From Minisyncoccota bacterium (lineage in GTDB: Bacteria > Patescibacteriota > Minisyncoccia > Phycocordibacterales > Phycocordibacteraceae), in contig JALHQL010000007.1 of assembly GCA_022841985.1 (NCBI GenBank), positions 1-59,750 on the forward strand: a stretch of DNA of 59,750 bases, written 5' to 3'. How positions within the stretch are numbered: position 1 is the stretch's first letter; the number at the start of each line of letters is the position of its first letter. The notes under the pieces are model-generated. The model was not told where the DNA came from and did no database searches. It saw only the letters and a list, made by a program, of their open reading frames with translations. Of this stretch, positions 9,036 through 19,360 are shown one piece after another. Both the position numbers and the translations under genes were made by a program.

Positions 9036-10270
9036 ATGGTGTGGAGTTGTTCCTCAATCTCGATCAGTCGATCATACTTAACCATTCGCTCTTTTTTCGT
9101 TGGTGCTCCGGCCTTGATGTAATCGCACGAAAGACCGACGGCGAAATCTGAAATAAAGGTATCCATTGTTTCTCCGGAGCGATGCGACGCAAAGAGTTTC
9201 CATCCAGCATTTCGCGCTGCACGCACCGCATTAATACTTTCGGTTACCGTGCCAATCTGATTTGGCTTGATAATACAGGCATTTACGGCCTTTTTCTCTA
9301 TGGCCATGCCAATGCGCGATACATTGGTCACGGTAAGATCGTCGCCCACAATGGATAGAGTTCCACCCAGAGTCTTTTGCAACCTTATAAATCCATCCCA
9401 GTCATCTTCCGCGAGTCCATCCTCGATCGAGATCAGCGGATATTTCTCTGCCAGTGCGGCATACCACTCGATCATATGCGCACTGTCGAGCAAACGTTCT
9501 CCGCCAGACTTCAGTACATACTGCCCTCCTTCATAGAAACTACTTGAAGCGACATCAAGAGCAATGGTGACTTGGTCGGTCGAATATCCTGCATTTTGTA
9601 TAGATGCGACAAGCAAATCAAGCGCTTCGTCGTTACTCGTAAGAGCAGGTGCAAATCCCCCTTCGTCCCCCATCTCGGTACTACAGCCCTTTTGTTCTAA
9701 GAATGATTTCAATAGCGCCATGCACTTTTCCGCAGCGACGACGCGTTCACGCATACTCTTAAAACCAATCGGCGCGAGCATGCACTCCTGAATATCGATG
9801 CCCTCACGTGCGTGCTTCCCGCCATTAATAATATTGAAGAGCGGCACTGGTGATGAAAAGTTTTTCCTGTTATCCAACGAACCCAGATAGGCAAAGAGCT
9901 CCACGCCGTTCTCCTTAGCGTGCGCTCGCGCAAAAGCTACCGAGACTGCGAGAATCGCGTTTGCCCCGAGCCGGCCTTTATTCGGAGTACCATCAAGATT
10001 GCACAGAAAAGCATCGAGTCCTTTCTGGTCGAATTCTTTTCCGACTGTGGCAGCCGCAATCGTTTCATTTACATGGACAATCGCTTCCGATACTCCGCGG
10101 GACGCCCCGCCATTATCGCGCAACTCGTGCGCCTCATGGGCTCCGACACTCGCACCCGATGGTACCGATGCAAGCCCTTTCCCTTTCTGAGTCTCGAGCT
10201 CAACTTCGACCGTCGGATTACCCCGCGAATCTAAAATTTCCCGAGCCTTGATTGTCTGTATCGTTGCCAT
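9032..10270 (-). CDS. eno: enolase
   Basis: IKAREILDSRGNPTVEVE, SVPSGASVGAHEA, GDDLTVTN, IKPNQIGT, SHRSGET. There is a 4-nt overlap with gpmA. Confidence 0.97.
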   Translation of the reverse strand: MATIQTIKAREILDSRGNPTVEVELETQKGKGLASVPSGASVGAHEAHELRDNGGASRGVSEAIVHVNETIAAATVGKEFDQKGLDAFLCNLDGTPNKGRLGANAILAVSVAFARAHAKENGVELFAYLGSLDNRKNFSSPVPLFNIINGGKHAREGIDIQECMLAPIGFKSMRERVVAAEKCMALLKSFLEQKGCSTEMGDEGGFAPALTSNDEALDLLVASIQNAGYSTDQVTIALDVASSSFYEGGQYVLKSGGERLLDSAHMIEWYAALAEKYPLISIEDGLAEDDWDGFIRLQKTLGGTLSIVGDDLTVTNVSRIGMAIEKKAVNACIIKPNQIGTVTESINAVRAARNAGWKLFASHRSGETMDTFISDFAVGLSCDYIKAGAPTKKERMVKYDRLIEIEEQLHTI

Positions 10271-10359
10271 GCAATTTATATATTATTTCGCTTTTCAAGA
10301 TACCATGCGGTTTTATTTTTCTATACAAAATTGGATTGAACATCATATCTGGCAAAACA

Positions 10360-10384
10360 AAAACCGCCCTTGCGGGCGGTTTTT
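10360..10384 (-). terminator. rho-independent terminator after rpmG
   Basis: aaaaccgccc-ttgc-gggcggtttt, flanked by A/T runs. Confidence 0.6.
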
Positions 10385-10393
10385 GTAGAGGAA

Positions 10394-10549
10394 TTATCTC
10401 TTTACCTCCTTGAACGTGACGCGCTTGCGCAGTGTCGGATCGAACTTTTGGAGTTCAATTTTGCGCTCGGTGGTCTTTCTATTCTTACGAGTCCAAATAA
10501 CGTGATTGGATTTCGTGGATTTGAGCCTAAGCAGGCGATCTTGTGACAT
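10394..10549 (-). CDS. rpmG: 50S ribosomal protein L33
   Basis: Not in ORF track (51 aa). MSQDRLLRLKSTKSNHVIWTRKNRKTTERKIELQKFDPTLRKRVTFKEVKR has the L33 pattern (...KNxRxTxxKLELxKYxPxxRKHxxxKExK). Confidence 0.85.
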   Translation of the reverse strand: MSQDRLLRLKSTKSNHVIWTRKNRKTTERKIELQKFDPTLRKRVTFKEVKR

Positions 10550-10576
10550 GACTAAAATGTAACAGAAAGAGTGCCG

Positions 10577-13252
10577 TTAAGCAACAGGCTCGGTGGCACG
10601 AATACGCTTTGGGGCGCGTTTCTTTACTTCAAAATGTGGCTCATCATTCTTGATGGAGATAGTTACCGTACCGCCTTCCATGACCCCTTGATCGACCATG
10701 AGAGACGCGAGCGGGGTAAGTATCCTGTCCTGGATAGTACGGCGCAGTGGACGTGCACCATATTGAGGATTGTAGCCCTTCTCCGCGAGCCAGCCATGTA
10801 CCGACGGGTCTATCGAAAGCGCGATACGTTTCTGTGCGAGCCGCTTCATCACCTCTTCAACCTGCGTATCGACAATTTTGGCAAGAGCCTCCTTCGCAAG
10901 TACGTCAAAGATAACAATGTCATCGAGACGATTGAGGAACTCTGGGCGGAAGTGCTCCTTGAGCGCACCCATCACCCTTTCTTTTGTCTCTTCGTAGCGA
11001 GTAGCGTCGGTCGCTCCTGCGGTGCCAAAGCCGATATGTGCAAGTCGATTGATAAACTCTCCACCTATATTGCTAGTCAGCACAATAATCGTATTTTTGA
11101 AATTGACTTTGCGCCCCTTGCTGTCGGTAAGGTGCCCCGAGTCGAGCACTTGGAGCAGAATGTTGAACACTTCAGGATGTGCCTTCTCAATTTCGTCAAA
11201 AAGCACCACTGCATAGGGACGATGCCGAATGCGCTCGGTGAGCGAACCGGCTTCTTCGTATCCGACATAGCCTGGCGGCGCGCCAATGAGCTTCGCGACC
11301 GAGTGCTTCTCCATAAATTCGCTCATATCAACCCGGACGAGAGCCTCCGTGTCATTGAACATGAACTCTGCGAGTTTCTTTGAAAGTTCAGTTTTCCCGA
11401 CGCCAGTCGGACCAAGGAAAAGGAAGGAACCTATCGGGCGATTCGGATCGCTAATCCCGACACGCGAGCGCTTTACCGCATCGGTAATCTTCTTCACGGC
11501 GATATCCTGGCCGATGATGCTTTGCTTGAGCGCCGCTTCCATGCGCGAGAGTTTTACAGCCTCTTCTTCAAGCATGCGAGAAACCGGAATGCCAGTCCAG
11601 CGAGCGACGACACCAGCAATGTCTTGTTCCGCTACCTCTTCGTTCAGCACACGTCGCGACTTTTGTAATGTCTTCAAACGTTTCAATTTCATCTCGAGAT
11701 CTTTCTGAATATGCGGAATGCGCCCATACCGAATCTCTGCGACGGTGCCAAGATCGGCGGAAGCTTCGGCATTGTCCGCCTGTATCTTCAATGCCTCAAG
11801 CTCGGTCTTCGCGGCGCGAATACCGATGAGAACCTCTTTCTCATTCTTCCACTTGAGCTCAAGCTCACTGGTCTTCTCTTTCAGATCGGCAACTTCTTTT
11901 TCGATGACTTTGATGCGTTCTTTAATTTCTTTGGCGTGTTCGCCCTCCAGATCTTTTTGAAGCGCCTGCCGTTCAATCTCAAGACGACGAATCTTGCGGT
12001 CAGTCTCTTCGAGAAGGGGCGGCTTGTTTTCAAGCGCAATGCGCAGCCCTGACGCCGCTTCATCAATGAGGTCGATGGCTTTGTCTGGAAGGAAACGGTC
12101 GCTGATATAGCGCGACGAGAGTTCGACCGCCGCAACAACGGCACCGTCGGTGATGCGCACCCCGTGGAAAAGTTCGTATTTGTCGCGAAGTCCGCGCAAG
12201 ATGGCGATGCCATCTTCAACCGAAGGCTCCTGTACAAACACCGACTGGAAGCGGCGTGTGAGCGCGGCATCCTTCTCGATATATTTCTGGTATTCCTTCA
12301 AGGTCGTTGCACCTACAACACGAATTTCGCCGCGTGAGAGTGCAGGTTTGAGCATATTTGAAGCATCGAGAGAGCCTTCGGCGCCGCCCGCACCCACGAG
12401 CGTATGAAGCTCGTCGACGAAGAGAATGATCTTCCCTTCCGCGCGCTCCACTTCTTTCATCACATTTTTCATCCGTTCTTCGAACTCGCCACGGTATTTT
12501 GTACCGGCGATCATGAGACCGAGATCAAGAGAGAGCAGATCTTTGCCCTTGAGCGATTCGGGAACGTCTCCCGCCGCCATGCGCGCGGCAAGTCCTTCAG
12601 CTATAGCTGTCTTTCCAACACCTGCTTCACCGATAAGAACCGGATTATTTTTGGTACGTCGCGAGAGAATCTGGATGACTCGATTAATCTCGATGTCACG
12701 GCCGATGACCGGATCAAGCTTATTTTCAGCGGCAAGCTTGTTGAGATTGCGTGCATACTTAGCGAGTGCACGGAAACGCTTGGGCTCTACGGTCTGACCA
12801 TCCTTTGAACTCTTGAGTTCTTTGAGGACAGCGAGCGCCGCATTCTGAGTTATCGAAAAGCGTGTAAAAATATCAGCAGCCGCACCTGGATGTTCCATGA
12901 TCGCAAGGAAGAGGTGTTCGGTGCCAACGAACGTATCGTTCATACGCGCAGCGATCTTTCCCGATGCTTCAAGCGCCTGAGCGAGATCTGGAGTGAGATA
13001 AATCTGATAAGAAGGTGAAAGCACCGAGGCGTTCTCAGGCGTCTCAAGATGTTCATGCACCGTATCTGCGAGCAGATTGGTATCGATTTCCATCCGATCA
13101 AGCATCGAGAAGACAAGCGACTCCTCTTGAAGCACGAGCGCAGCGAGCAAATGGAGTGGCGAGACGTGATTTTGTCCACGCTCTATCGCAAGTTCATGTG
13201 CGCGACGTACGGCTTCTTTTGCTTTAGTAGTAAAATTGTGAAAAGGAGGCAT
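10577..13252 (-). CDS. clpB: ATP-dependent chaperone ClpB
   Basis: Clp-N repeats, two AAA+ modules ([10 protein letters not shown] and [10 protein letters not shown] Walker A), a long coiled-coil middle domain between them, and RPEFLNRLD. Confidence 0.95.
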   Translation of the reverse strand: MPPFHNFTTKAKEAVRRAHELAIERGQNHVSPLHLLAALVLQEESLVFSMLDRMEIDTNLLADTVHEHLETPENASVLSPSYQIYLTPDLAQALEASGKIAARMNDTFVGTEHLFLAIMEHPGAAADIFTRFSITQNAALAVLKELKSSKDGQTVEPKRFRALAKYARNLNKLAAENKLDPVIGRDIEINRVIQILSRRTKNNPVLIGEAGVGKTAIAEGLAARMAAGDVPESLKGKDLLSLDLGLMIAGTKYRGEFEERMKNVMKEVERAEGKIILFVDELHTLVGAGGAEGSLDASNMLKPALSRGEIRVVGATTLKEYQKYIEKDAALTRRFQSVFVQEPSVEDGIAILRGLRDKYELFHGVRITDGAVVAAVELSSRYISDRFLPDKAIDLIDEAASGLRIALENKPPLLEETDRKIRRLEIERQALQKDLEGEHAKEIKERIKVIEKEVADLKEKTSELELKWKNEKEVLIGIRAAKTELEALKIQADNAEASADLGTVAEIRYGRIPHIQKDLEMKLKRLKTLQKSRRVLNEEVAEQDIAGVVARWTGIPVSRMLEEEAVKLSRMEAALKQSIIGQDIAVKKITDAVKRSRVGISDPNRPIGSFLFLGPTGVGKTELSKKLAEFMFNDTEALVRVDMSEFMEKHSVAKLIGAPPGYVGYEEAGSLTERIRHRPYAVVLFDEIEKAHPEVFNILLQVLDSGHLTDSKGRKVNFKNTIIVLTSNIGGEFINRLAHIGFGTAGATDATRYEETKERVMGALKEHFRPEFLNRLDDIVIFDVLAKEALAKIVDTQVEEVMKRLAQKRIALSIDPSVHGWLAEKGYNPQYGARPLRRTIQDRILTPLASLMVDQGVMEGGTVTISIKNDEPHFEVKKRAPKRIRATEPVA

Positions 13253-13264
13253 ACGTATAGAATA

Positions 13265-14038
13265 TTAACTCGCTGCGACGGTAGAAGTTGCAGTGGTTGA
13301 AGTCGCCGTAAGAAGCGCGGTTATTGTGCTTGCCGAAATGAGAAGTCCTGGTATTTCTCCGGCACTGATACCGATAAGATTTCCTGAGAGATCGACTGTA
13401 GCGCTCCCAACGCCTATGTCCGGCAGAGTGGTATGAACGCCTTTGTCACTGACGCGAGCAATAATGCCGGTGGTGGCGGAACCATCGGTGCTTATAGCAA
13501 GAGCGGTCTGACCAAGTTTCAAATGATCTGCATGTATCAGGATTGGTGAAGACATTTTTGGCAGTACCGCATCGTCAGCAAAACCATAGATAGCGATGCC
13601 GCGGCCTGTTTGGGCGAGCGAGGCAAGAACGTATGAGCCGTCCGAAAACTCAATAAGCGCCTCTTTTGGTAAAACACTCTGTTCTGCAGTCGCGATGGTA
13701 CGTGATTTGGAGAGATACGTGCCGATAGAAACCGCCGGCGTCGACGTACCGGTCTTCGCCGCATAAATAGCGACCTCGCGAGATGCGCTCATCCCGAGAG
13801 CCGCCGTTACAAGATCCTGATTTGAAGGTGCCGGCGTGAAAGCTATTGCCGCAGGCGCAACCTGTTGAGTCACTCTCTCAATAGTGTGTTCGACGACACG
13901 ATTCACTGTTTGAGTGACGGTAGCCGGCGCCTCATCAAGCAATGAGACCGTTAAAATACCAGTTGCGACAGCCGTCACAAAGTTCACAAGAATCGTGAGC
14001 AATATAAGCTGCGATTTAGAAAGTTCCTCAATATTCAT
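13265..14038 (-). CDS. membrane-anchored protein with distant trypsin/HtrA-like fold; canonical catalytic residues not evident
   Basis: N-terminal TM LILLTILVNFVTAVATGILTV. The C-terminal half loosely follows the HtrA layout (IATAEQSV where HtrA has TNxHVV; GVGSATVDLSGNLIGISAG where HtrA has GNSGGPLxxxxGxxIGIN). Confidence 0.55.
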   Translation of the reverse strand: MNIEELSKSQLILLTILVNFVTAVATGILTVSLLDEAPATVTQTVNRVVEHTIERVTQQVAPAAIAFTPAPSNQDLVTAALGMSASREVAIYAAKTGTSTPAVSIGTYLSKSRTIATAEQSVLPKEALIEFSDGSYVLASLAQTGRGIAIYGFADDAVLPKMSSPILIHADHLKLGQTALAISTDGSATTGIIARVSDKGVHTTLPDIGVGSATVDLSGNLIGISAGEIPGLLISASTITALLTATSTTATSTVAAS

Positions 14039-14050
14039 ATTAGTATAATG

Positions 14051-15184
14051 CTACCCTGGAGTATTGTTGTCAATAAACGAGACTGCCTGTACAAGAGCCC
14101 TTCCAAAACGGACCAGCTCACGAGACCGAATGTGTGGACCCCATGAGATTCGAAGCGTTGCACGAGCGCGAGCGGGATCGCCCGTAAGAACTAGAACTGC
14201 TCGAGAACCCTCTTCGGAGTCCGTTTCGCACGCACTCCGGGAGGACACGGCGAAACCCGCCTCATCAAGAATTGCGACCAAGTAGTCGGTGTCCCGACCG
14301 GGCAGCGATATATTGAGAATATGCGGAACTTGAAGACGGCCTTCTTGTATATGTATATTCGGAATAATTTTAAGAGCTGACTTAAGAACTTCACGATCTT
14401 TCTCTGCCAAAGCGCGAAATGCCTCACGGGTGCGAGTAGCAGTTGTGAGTGCATGAGCAAAGCTCTGCGCGAGCTCGGGAGCTTCGCTTCCGGAGCGCAA
14501 TCCGCGCTCCTGTCCCCCTCCTGCATATAAAGGAATGAGTGGAATGGTGCGATGTGCTATGAGTGCACCAATACCGCGAACGTTACCAACTTTTGACGCA
14601 TCGAAAGTAAGCATGTCTGCATCGAAGTGTGCTCGAGAAATTTTCTCAGTAATCGGAGCTTGACTTGCGTCGACATGAAGCACGATGCGCGCGGCGACTC
14701 CGTCGCCGCGCGCCTTTCTCAATGTCTCACCCACCTCGCGCGTATTCCACACCACTCCCGTCTCGCCGCAGACTGCGTCCATCGAGACGAGGACTGTTCC
14801 ATCTCGCAACATCCTTGATAACACTTCCGTATCAACACGGTACTCTTTGATTGGTAACGCCTCAACAGCGACTCCCTCCGCTTGCAGTAATTTTACATTT
14901 TCTACGATCGACGCATGTGCACTCGGCAGATATAAGATATGTATGTCTTTTCTGCCGCCCACCTTAAGCGCTCTCGTATGCCCGAGAATAGCGAGCGCGT
15001 TACTCTCCGTCGCGCCGCTCGTGAAGACAACATCGTCCGACTGTACCTCCGTCAATCGCGCAATAACCGTTCGCGCGTCTTCAAGTGCCTTATTCGCTTG
15101 TCTTCCCTCCTCGTGCGGCGACGAAGCATTGCCGCTCACCCCTGCGGCATAATCAAGATAGGTTCTTTTCTTTCTCCAAAGCAT
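14051..15184 (-). CDS. class-V aminotransferase / cysteine desulfurase family protein
   Basis: YLDYAAG...SSPHEEG, FTSGATESN, HVDASQA, FDASKVGNVRGIGAL (PLP-Lys context), and SSRSAC near the C-terminus (active-site Cys loop). Confidence 0.85.
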   Translation of the reverse strand: MLWRKKRTYLDYAAGVSGNASSPHEEGRQANKALEDARTVIARLTEVQSDDVVFTSGATESNALAILGHTRALKVGGRKDIHILYLPSAHASIVENVKLLQAEGVAVEALPIKEYRVDTEVLSRMLRDGTVLVSMDAVCGETGVVWNTREVGETLRKARGDGVAARIVLHVDASQAPITEKISRAHFDADMLTFDASKVGNVRGIGALIAHRTIPLIPLYAGGGQERGLRSGSEAPELAQSFAHALTTATRTREAFRALAEKDREVLKSALKIIPNIHIQEGRLQVPHILNISLPGRDTDYLVAILDEAGFAVSSRSACETDSEEGSRAVLVLTGDPARARATLRISWGPHIRSRELVRFGRALVQAVSFIDNNTPG

Positions 15185-15241
15185 GATTCAATTTTAACAG
15201 AAATTGCAATTAAGTCATTTTTGTGATGAAATAGAGCCATC

Positions 15242-16711
15242 ATGGCGCGGACCCCGAGACCGCCCGTCATCGCGGTGATGGGCCACATAGACCACGGAAA
15301 ATCTTCACTTCTGGATTACATTCGGAAGGCGAACATTGTCGCGGGCGAGGCAGGCGGTATCACCCAGCACGTTGCCGCGTACATCGCGCTTCACAATGAC
15401 CGACCAATCACCTTTCTCGACACTCCCGGGCACGAGGCATTTAAGGCGCTACGCACACGCGGCGCGGCTGCCGCGGATATCGCTATCCTCGTTGTCGCAG
15501 CAGATGAAGGAGTGATGCCCCAGACACTTGACGCTCTTGCCGCAATCACCGAAGCAGGTATTCCGTACATTATTGCCATTACAAAGATTGATAAGAATAA
15601 TGCCGATGTCGGACATACGAAAAACTCACTTACCGAACACGGTATATATATCGAAGGAATGGGAGGAGATATTGCTTTCGCTCTCGTTTCATCTAAGACA
15701 GGAGAAGGTATCCCTGAACTGCTTGATCTCGTTCTCCTCTCAGCAGATCTCGCGGAAATCACCGCGAACTCGGAAACGAGCGCAAGCGGCTTCATACTTG
15801 AAGCGACTCAAGACGCGAAACGAGGAGTCTCGGCGACCCTCATCATCAAAGACGGCACGCTCACGCTCGACGGATGTGTTGTCGCAGGCGACGCATATGC
15901 CCCGATTCGATTCATCGAAAATTTCCTCGGCACACGCGTTCAACAGGCTGGACCCTCGGAGCCAGTACGGATTTCTGGATTCAACAAACTGCCTGCAGCC
16001 GGTTCACTTTTCAGTATTGTAAAGAATAAAAAAGAGGCGGAGGCTCTCGCAAAAGAAAACGCAAAATCAAATGTGACGACATCCGAGCGCAGTGCGGCAA
16101 TCGAAGGTATCGTTGAGCTCCCGCTTATTATAAAAACAGATGTCGCCGGCTCGATAGACGCCATCGCGCATGAGATTAAGAAAATAACTCATGATCAGGC
16201 TTCCATCCGTGTCGTCTCTTCAGGTGTCGGCAGCGTCTCGGAGACCGACGTCAAGACCGCGCGCGGAGCTGGCGGAACCATCATCGCGTTTAGTGTCCCG
16301 ACCGACACCGTCGCTAGTGACCTTGCGCAGCGCGACAACGTTACTATCCTCTCCTTTTCAATCATCTATGAGCTTTCGGCGAAGATTCGAGAACTGCTCG
16401 ACGCACGCGTACCTGTCGTCGCTTCTGAGAAAGAACTCGGGCGTGCGATGGTATTGAAAACTTTTTCTTCGGGTGCAAAGAAACAGGTTCTTGGTGCTCG
16501 CTACATATCAGGCGTCCTCACAGTCGGGAATCGCATGAAGATACTACGGAAAGATGTTGAAATCGCACGCGGCAGTATTTCGAACCTCCAGCAAGCTCGC
16601 GCTGACGTGAAAGAAATCAAAACTGAGGGCGATTTCGGCACCGAAATCGAGGCGCGCGAAAATGCAGCGTACGGCGATGAGATTGTCGCTTTCGTTGTCA
16701 CTGATATATGA
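15242..16711 (+). CDS. infB: translation initiation factor IF-2 (short form, starts at the G domain)
   Basis: PRPPVIAVMGHIDHGKSSLLDYIR, GGITQH, FLDTPGHEAF, ITKIDK. The C-terminal domains are present. Confidence 0.95.
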   Translation: MARTPRPPVIAVMGHIDHGKSSLLDYIRKANIVAGEAGGITQHVAAYIALHNDRPITFLDTPGHEAFKALRTRGAAAADIAILVVAADEGVMPQTLDALAAITEAGIPYIIAITKIDKNNADVGHTKNSLTEHGIYIEGMGGDIAFALVSSKTGEGIPELLDLVLLSADLAEITANSETSASGFILEATQDAKRGVSATLIIKDGTLTLDGCVVAGDAYAPIRFIENFLGTRVQQAGPSEPVRISGFNKLPAAGSLFSIVKNKKEAEALAKENAKSNVTTSERSAAIEGIVELPLIIKTDVAGSIDAIAHEIKKITHDQASIRVVSSGVGSVSETDVKTARGAGGTIIAFSVPTDTVASDLAQRDNVTILSFSIIYELSAKIRELLDARVPVVASEKELGRAMVLKTFSSGAKKQVLGARYISGVLTVGNRMKILRKDVEIARGSISNLQQARADVKEIKTEGDFGTEIEARENAAYGDEIVAFVVTDI

Positions 16712-17040
16712 ATCCCGACGCACGCACGCGCTCTCCCCGAAAGCAATCAAGTCGCGCGACTGAAATCGTCGCGCGCGAAGCCGCATTATTTATCGCGCGC
16801 GAAGCCGGCCGAGAATCACTCATCACCGTTACCCACGCACGAAGCATCGCGCATGGCGATCGCATCCTCGTATTTGTGAGCGTCTTCCCTGTCGAGAAAG
16901 CGCGTGCTGCCATGACTTTCCTTGAACGGCAGCGCGAAGCGTTTTCAGATCACTTAAAAAGTCATGCGCGCTTACGCCTCCCCCGCATTGATTTTATGCT
17001 TGATAACGGCGAACTATCAGGAGGCCCGAGCGGGAATTGA
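16708..17040 (+). CDS. rbfA: ribosome-binding factor A
   Basis: ATGA overlap with infB, the conserved infB-rbfA order, and a KH-like core ...LITVTHARSIAHGDRILVFVSVFP.... The last ~19 nt overlap tRNA-Cys on the other strand. Confidence 0.75.
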   Translation: MNPDARTRSPRKQSSRATEIVAREAALFIAREAGRESLITVTHARSIAHGDRILVFVSVFPVEKARAAMTFLERQREAFSDHLKSHARLRLPRIDFMLDNGELSGGPSGN

Positions 17041-17093
17041 ACCCGCGCATAACAGTTTTGCAGACTGTCGTGTTACCACTTCACCATCGGGCC
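17022..17093 (-). tRNA. tRNA-Cys (GCA)
   Basis: Hand fold: acceptor ggcccga/tcgggcc, anticodon arm acagt-ctGCAaa-actgt, T arm gcggg-ttcaatt-cccgc. No encoded CCA. Confidence 0.9.
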
Positions 17094-17143
17094 ACTCTAC
17101 GAGAATAGCAGAGATGGTAGTATCCTCAAAAGAGGTCATGTTT

Positions 17144-17236
17144 GCCGAGGTGGCGGAATTGGTAGACGCACAGGACTTAAAATCCTGAGAAAGCCTAAAA
17201 ACCTTCATGTGGGTTCGATTCCCACCCTCGGCACCA
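17144..17236 (+). tRNA. tRNA-Leu (TAA), class II, unusually long (93 nt with CCA)
   Basis: Acceptor gccgagg/cctcggc, discriminator A, encoded CCA. D arm gcg-gaattggtaga-cgc, anticodon arm cagga-ctTAAaa-tcctg, ~21-nt variable region, T arm gtggg-ttcgatt-cccac. Confidence 0.85.
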
Positions 17237-17273
17237 GAAATGAAAAGTCAAAAAACTAATTAAGAATTTTAAT

Positions 17274-18014
17274 ATGCATAATCAAAAAGGAGTTGCGAAC
17301 ATTGTTTTAATTGTAATTATTGTTGTCATTGTCGCTGTTGGTGGATATTTTGTTTCTTCCCCAAAAAAAGAAAGTACCCCAATAACTACTAATACTCCGA
17401 GTTCAAGTACTGTTGAAAATACTCAACCTACCAACGCCTCGGTGTCTGATACTCCTTCTCTTTCGGCAGATAAGAAAAGTGTCAGTGTCGATGGAAAAGT
17501 CTTGCTGTCCGTTAATAACGACACGATTTCCAATTGGTTCAAAACTGAAAGCCAGTTGTGCGATGGGTATAATCTAACCAGTACTCCGGATCGAAAGATG
17601 TTTTGTGAAAACAAAACATCTTTCGAAAACCAAACTAAATTTGCTTCAATTGTTGTTTCTCCCGATAAAATGAAAATTGGTTTTACCATAGAAAGCGATA
17701 CATTGTCTCCCGATAAAGTTGTTGGAATTTTTTCACGCTCTACCAATAAAGTTACCTTGCTTACTAACTATTACCTCGGAAACCAATTCATCAGCTTTTC
17801 TCCTAACGGCGTGAACTTTGTTTATCAAGGGGGATGCTTTGAAGGGATGTGCGGACTCTTTATCAATAACTCTGAAACCCTCGCCAGCAAAGCTAGCTTA
17901 AATAATCCCGAGTTTGCGGATAGTAGAAGTCAGAACTCGACTTTTGTCCGATGGATTTCGGACAACCAAGTCGAATACAAACTTGGTACTAAATTAAAAC
18001 GAGAATCGTTTTAA
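17274..18014 (+). CDS. membrane-anchored hypothetical protein
   Basis: 246-aa ORF with N-terminal TM VANIVLIVIIVVIVAVGGYFV and an S/T-rich linker. No family recognised. Confidence 0.65.
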   Translation: MHNQKGVANIVLIVIIVVIVAVGGYFVSSPKKESTPITTNTPSSSTVENTQPTNASVSDTPSLSADKKSVSVDGKVLLSVNNDTISNWFKTESQLCDGYNLTSTPDRKMFCENKTSFENQTKFASIVVSPDKMKIGFTIESDTLSPDKVVGIFSRSTNKVTLLTNYYLGNQFISFSPNGVNFVYQGGCFEGMCGLFINNSETLASKASLNNPEFADSRSQNSTFVRWISDNQVEYKLGTKLKRESF

Positions 18015-18157
18015 TTTAGTACCGAATGCCAAAAAACTTAAAATCGTTATCCGTGCGGTTTCGCCGTCTTTTCGAATTTTCGCGGGAGGGGTCCTTGCCG
18101 CCTGCGGCGGCGAAATTCGCTCGGACTAATTCGAGAATGCTGTACCATACATAACTA

Positions 18158-18988
18158 ATGCTGAAGAAGAAACGACGCCTGCGGATAGGGGTTTTCGATT
18201 CCGGATTTGGTGGATTGGACATCCTTCGTTTTGTTGTACGTGCACTTCCCACATATGAGTATGTCTACCTCGGCGATACTGCCCGTGCCCCGTACGGACA
18301 TCGGTCGCAAAAAACAATATATACATTCACAAAACAGGCGGTACGATTTCTTTTCCAACAGGAGTGTGGAATTGTCATTATTGCGTGCAATACCGCTTCG
18401 AGCGAAGCTCTTCGAAAAATACAAACGCACTATCTGAAACGCTTCGACGAGAAGAAGAAAATACTCGGCGTACTTATTCCCGCAGCGGAAGAAGCGACAC
18501 AAAAGACCTCGAACCGAAGAATCGGTGTTATCGCGACGACTGCGACTGTTGCATCAAACGCATTTATCCGCGAACTTACGAAGCTTGATCCTGGTGTGCA
18601 AGTATTCCAAAAAGCATGCCCACTTCTCGTTCCACTCGTGGAGGAAGGAAAACAGAACGATCAAGAAACGCACATAGTACTCGAAAAGTATCTGAGACCG
18701 TTACTTCGTAAAAATATCGACACGCTTATCCTCGGCTGCACGCACTACGGAATTTTGGAACAAAACGTCCGCAAAATAATTGGACCGGATATCAAGATTA
18801 TATCCGAGGCAAAAGTGGTACCGGAAAAATTAAAAAAGTATTTAAAAAAACACAGCGACCTCGAAAGAACGCTCAGCAAACGACCAGGTATTCGCTTCTA
18901 TTCGACTGGTCATCCTGCAAAGTTCAATCTCTTGGGAAGCAAACTTTGGGGGAAAACAATGCGAGTCGAAAAAGCGGTTCTTCGTTAA
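18158..18988 (+). CDS. murI: glutamate racemase
   Basis: RIGVFDSGFGGLDILR, IACNTASS (first catalytic Cys), LILGCTHYG (second catalytic Cys). Confidence 0.93.
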   Translation: MLKKKRRLRIGVFDSGFGGLDILRFVVRALPTYEYVYLGDTARAPYGHRSQKTIYTFTKQAVRFLFQQECGIVIIACNTASSEALRKIQTHYLKRFDEKKKILGVLIPAAEEATQKTSNRRIGVIATTATVASNAFIRELTKLDPGVQVFQKACPLLVPLVEEGKQNDQETHIVLEKYLRPLLRKNIDTLILGCTHYGILEQNVRKIIGPDIKIISEAKVVPEKLKKYLKKHSDLERTLSKRPGIRFYSTGHPAKFNLLGSKLWGKTMRVEKAVLR

Positions 18989-18992
18989 TCTG

Positions 18993-19074
18993 TGCTGGAG
19001 AGAGGACTCGAACCTCCATGGGTTGCCCCGCGAGCTCCTAAGGCTCGTGCGTCTACCAATTTCGCCACCCCAGC
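18993..19074 (-). tRNA. tRNA-Leu (TAG)
   Basis: Hand fold: acceptor gctgggg/ctccagc, discriminator A. D arm gcg-aaattggtaga-cgc, anticodon arm cgagc-ctTAGga-gctcg, long variable arm, T arm ggagg-ttcgagt-cctct. Confidence 0.88.
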
Positions 19075-19115
19075 GCCTTCCAAAGCATACTATGTTCTGC
19101 TATATTTTCCTCATC

Positions 19116-19188
19116 GCGCCTATAGCTCAGTTGGTAGAGCAGCTCCCTCTTAAGGAGACGGTCCCTGGTTCGAATCCAGGTAGGCGCA
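19116..19188 (+). tRNA. tRNA-Lys (CTT)
   Basis: Acceptor gcgccta/taggcgc, D arm gctc-agttggta-gagc, anticodon loop ctCTTaa, T arm cctgg-ttcgaat-ccagg. Confidence 0.9.
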
Positions 19189-19279
19189 CAAACGAGCGAG
19201 GCGAAGTTTGTGCGAGCCGGAGCACGACGGTGCGAGGCAGGGTCGCGGAAATTTTTAGCAGAAAATTATCCGTGACCAC

Positions 19280-19307
19280 TTGACTTTCCCATAGTTTTCT
19301 GTATTAT
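19280..19307 (+). promoter_or_regulatory. sigma-70-like promoter for the SPFH operon
   Basis: TTGACT (19280-85), 16-nt spacer, TATTAT (19302-07), about 55 nt upstream of the ATG at 19361. Confidence 0.45.
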
Positions 19308-19360
19308 AAGCGTTGGGAAACGGTTTATTGTCATCAATCTATAGTGAAAGGAGGCATCTT

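Noticed and set aside
10571-11383. 270-aa plus-strand ORF
   Set aside because: It is entirely antisense to clpB, whose frame has unmistakable AAA+ motifs. There is no RBS and no recognisable domains. Long antisense ORFs are expected in GC-moderate coding DNA.
18073-18127. GC-rich hairpin (cgaattttcgc...gcgaaattcg) with a ~20-nt patch similar to repeat A (gcggcgaa(a)tt(c/g)gctcgg), plus tgccgcctgcg also at 216-226
   Set aside because: A rough estimate gives an expectation near 0.1-0.5 for such a patch when 131 nt is searched against both strands of 60 kb. Shared 11-mers are expected by the hundreds. This is insufficient to call another copy of the element, and it may just be the terminator of 17274-18014.
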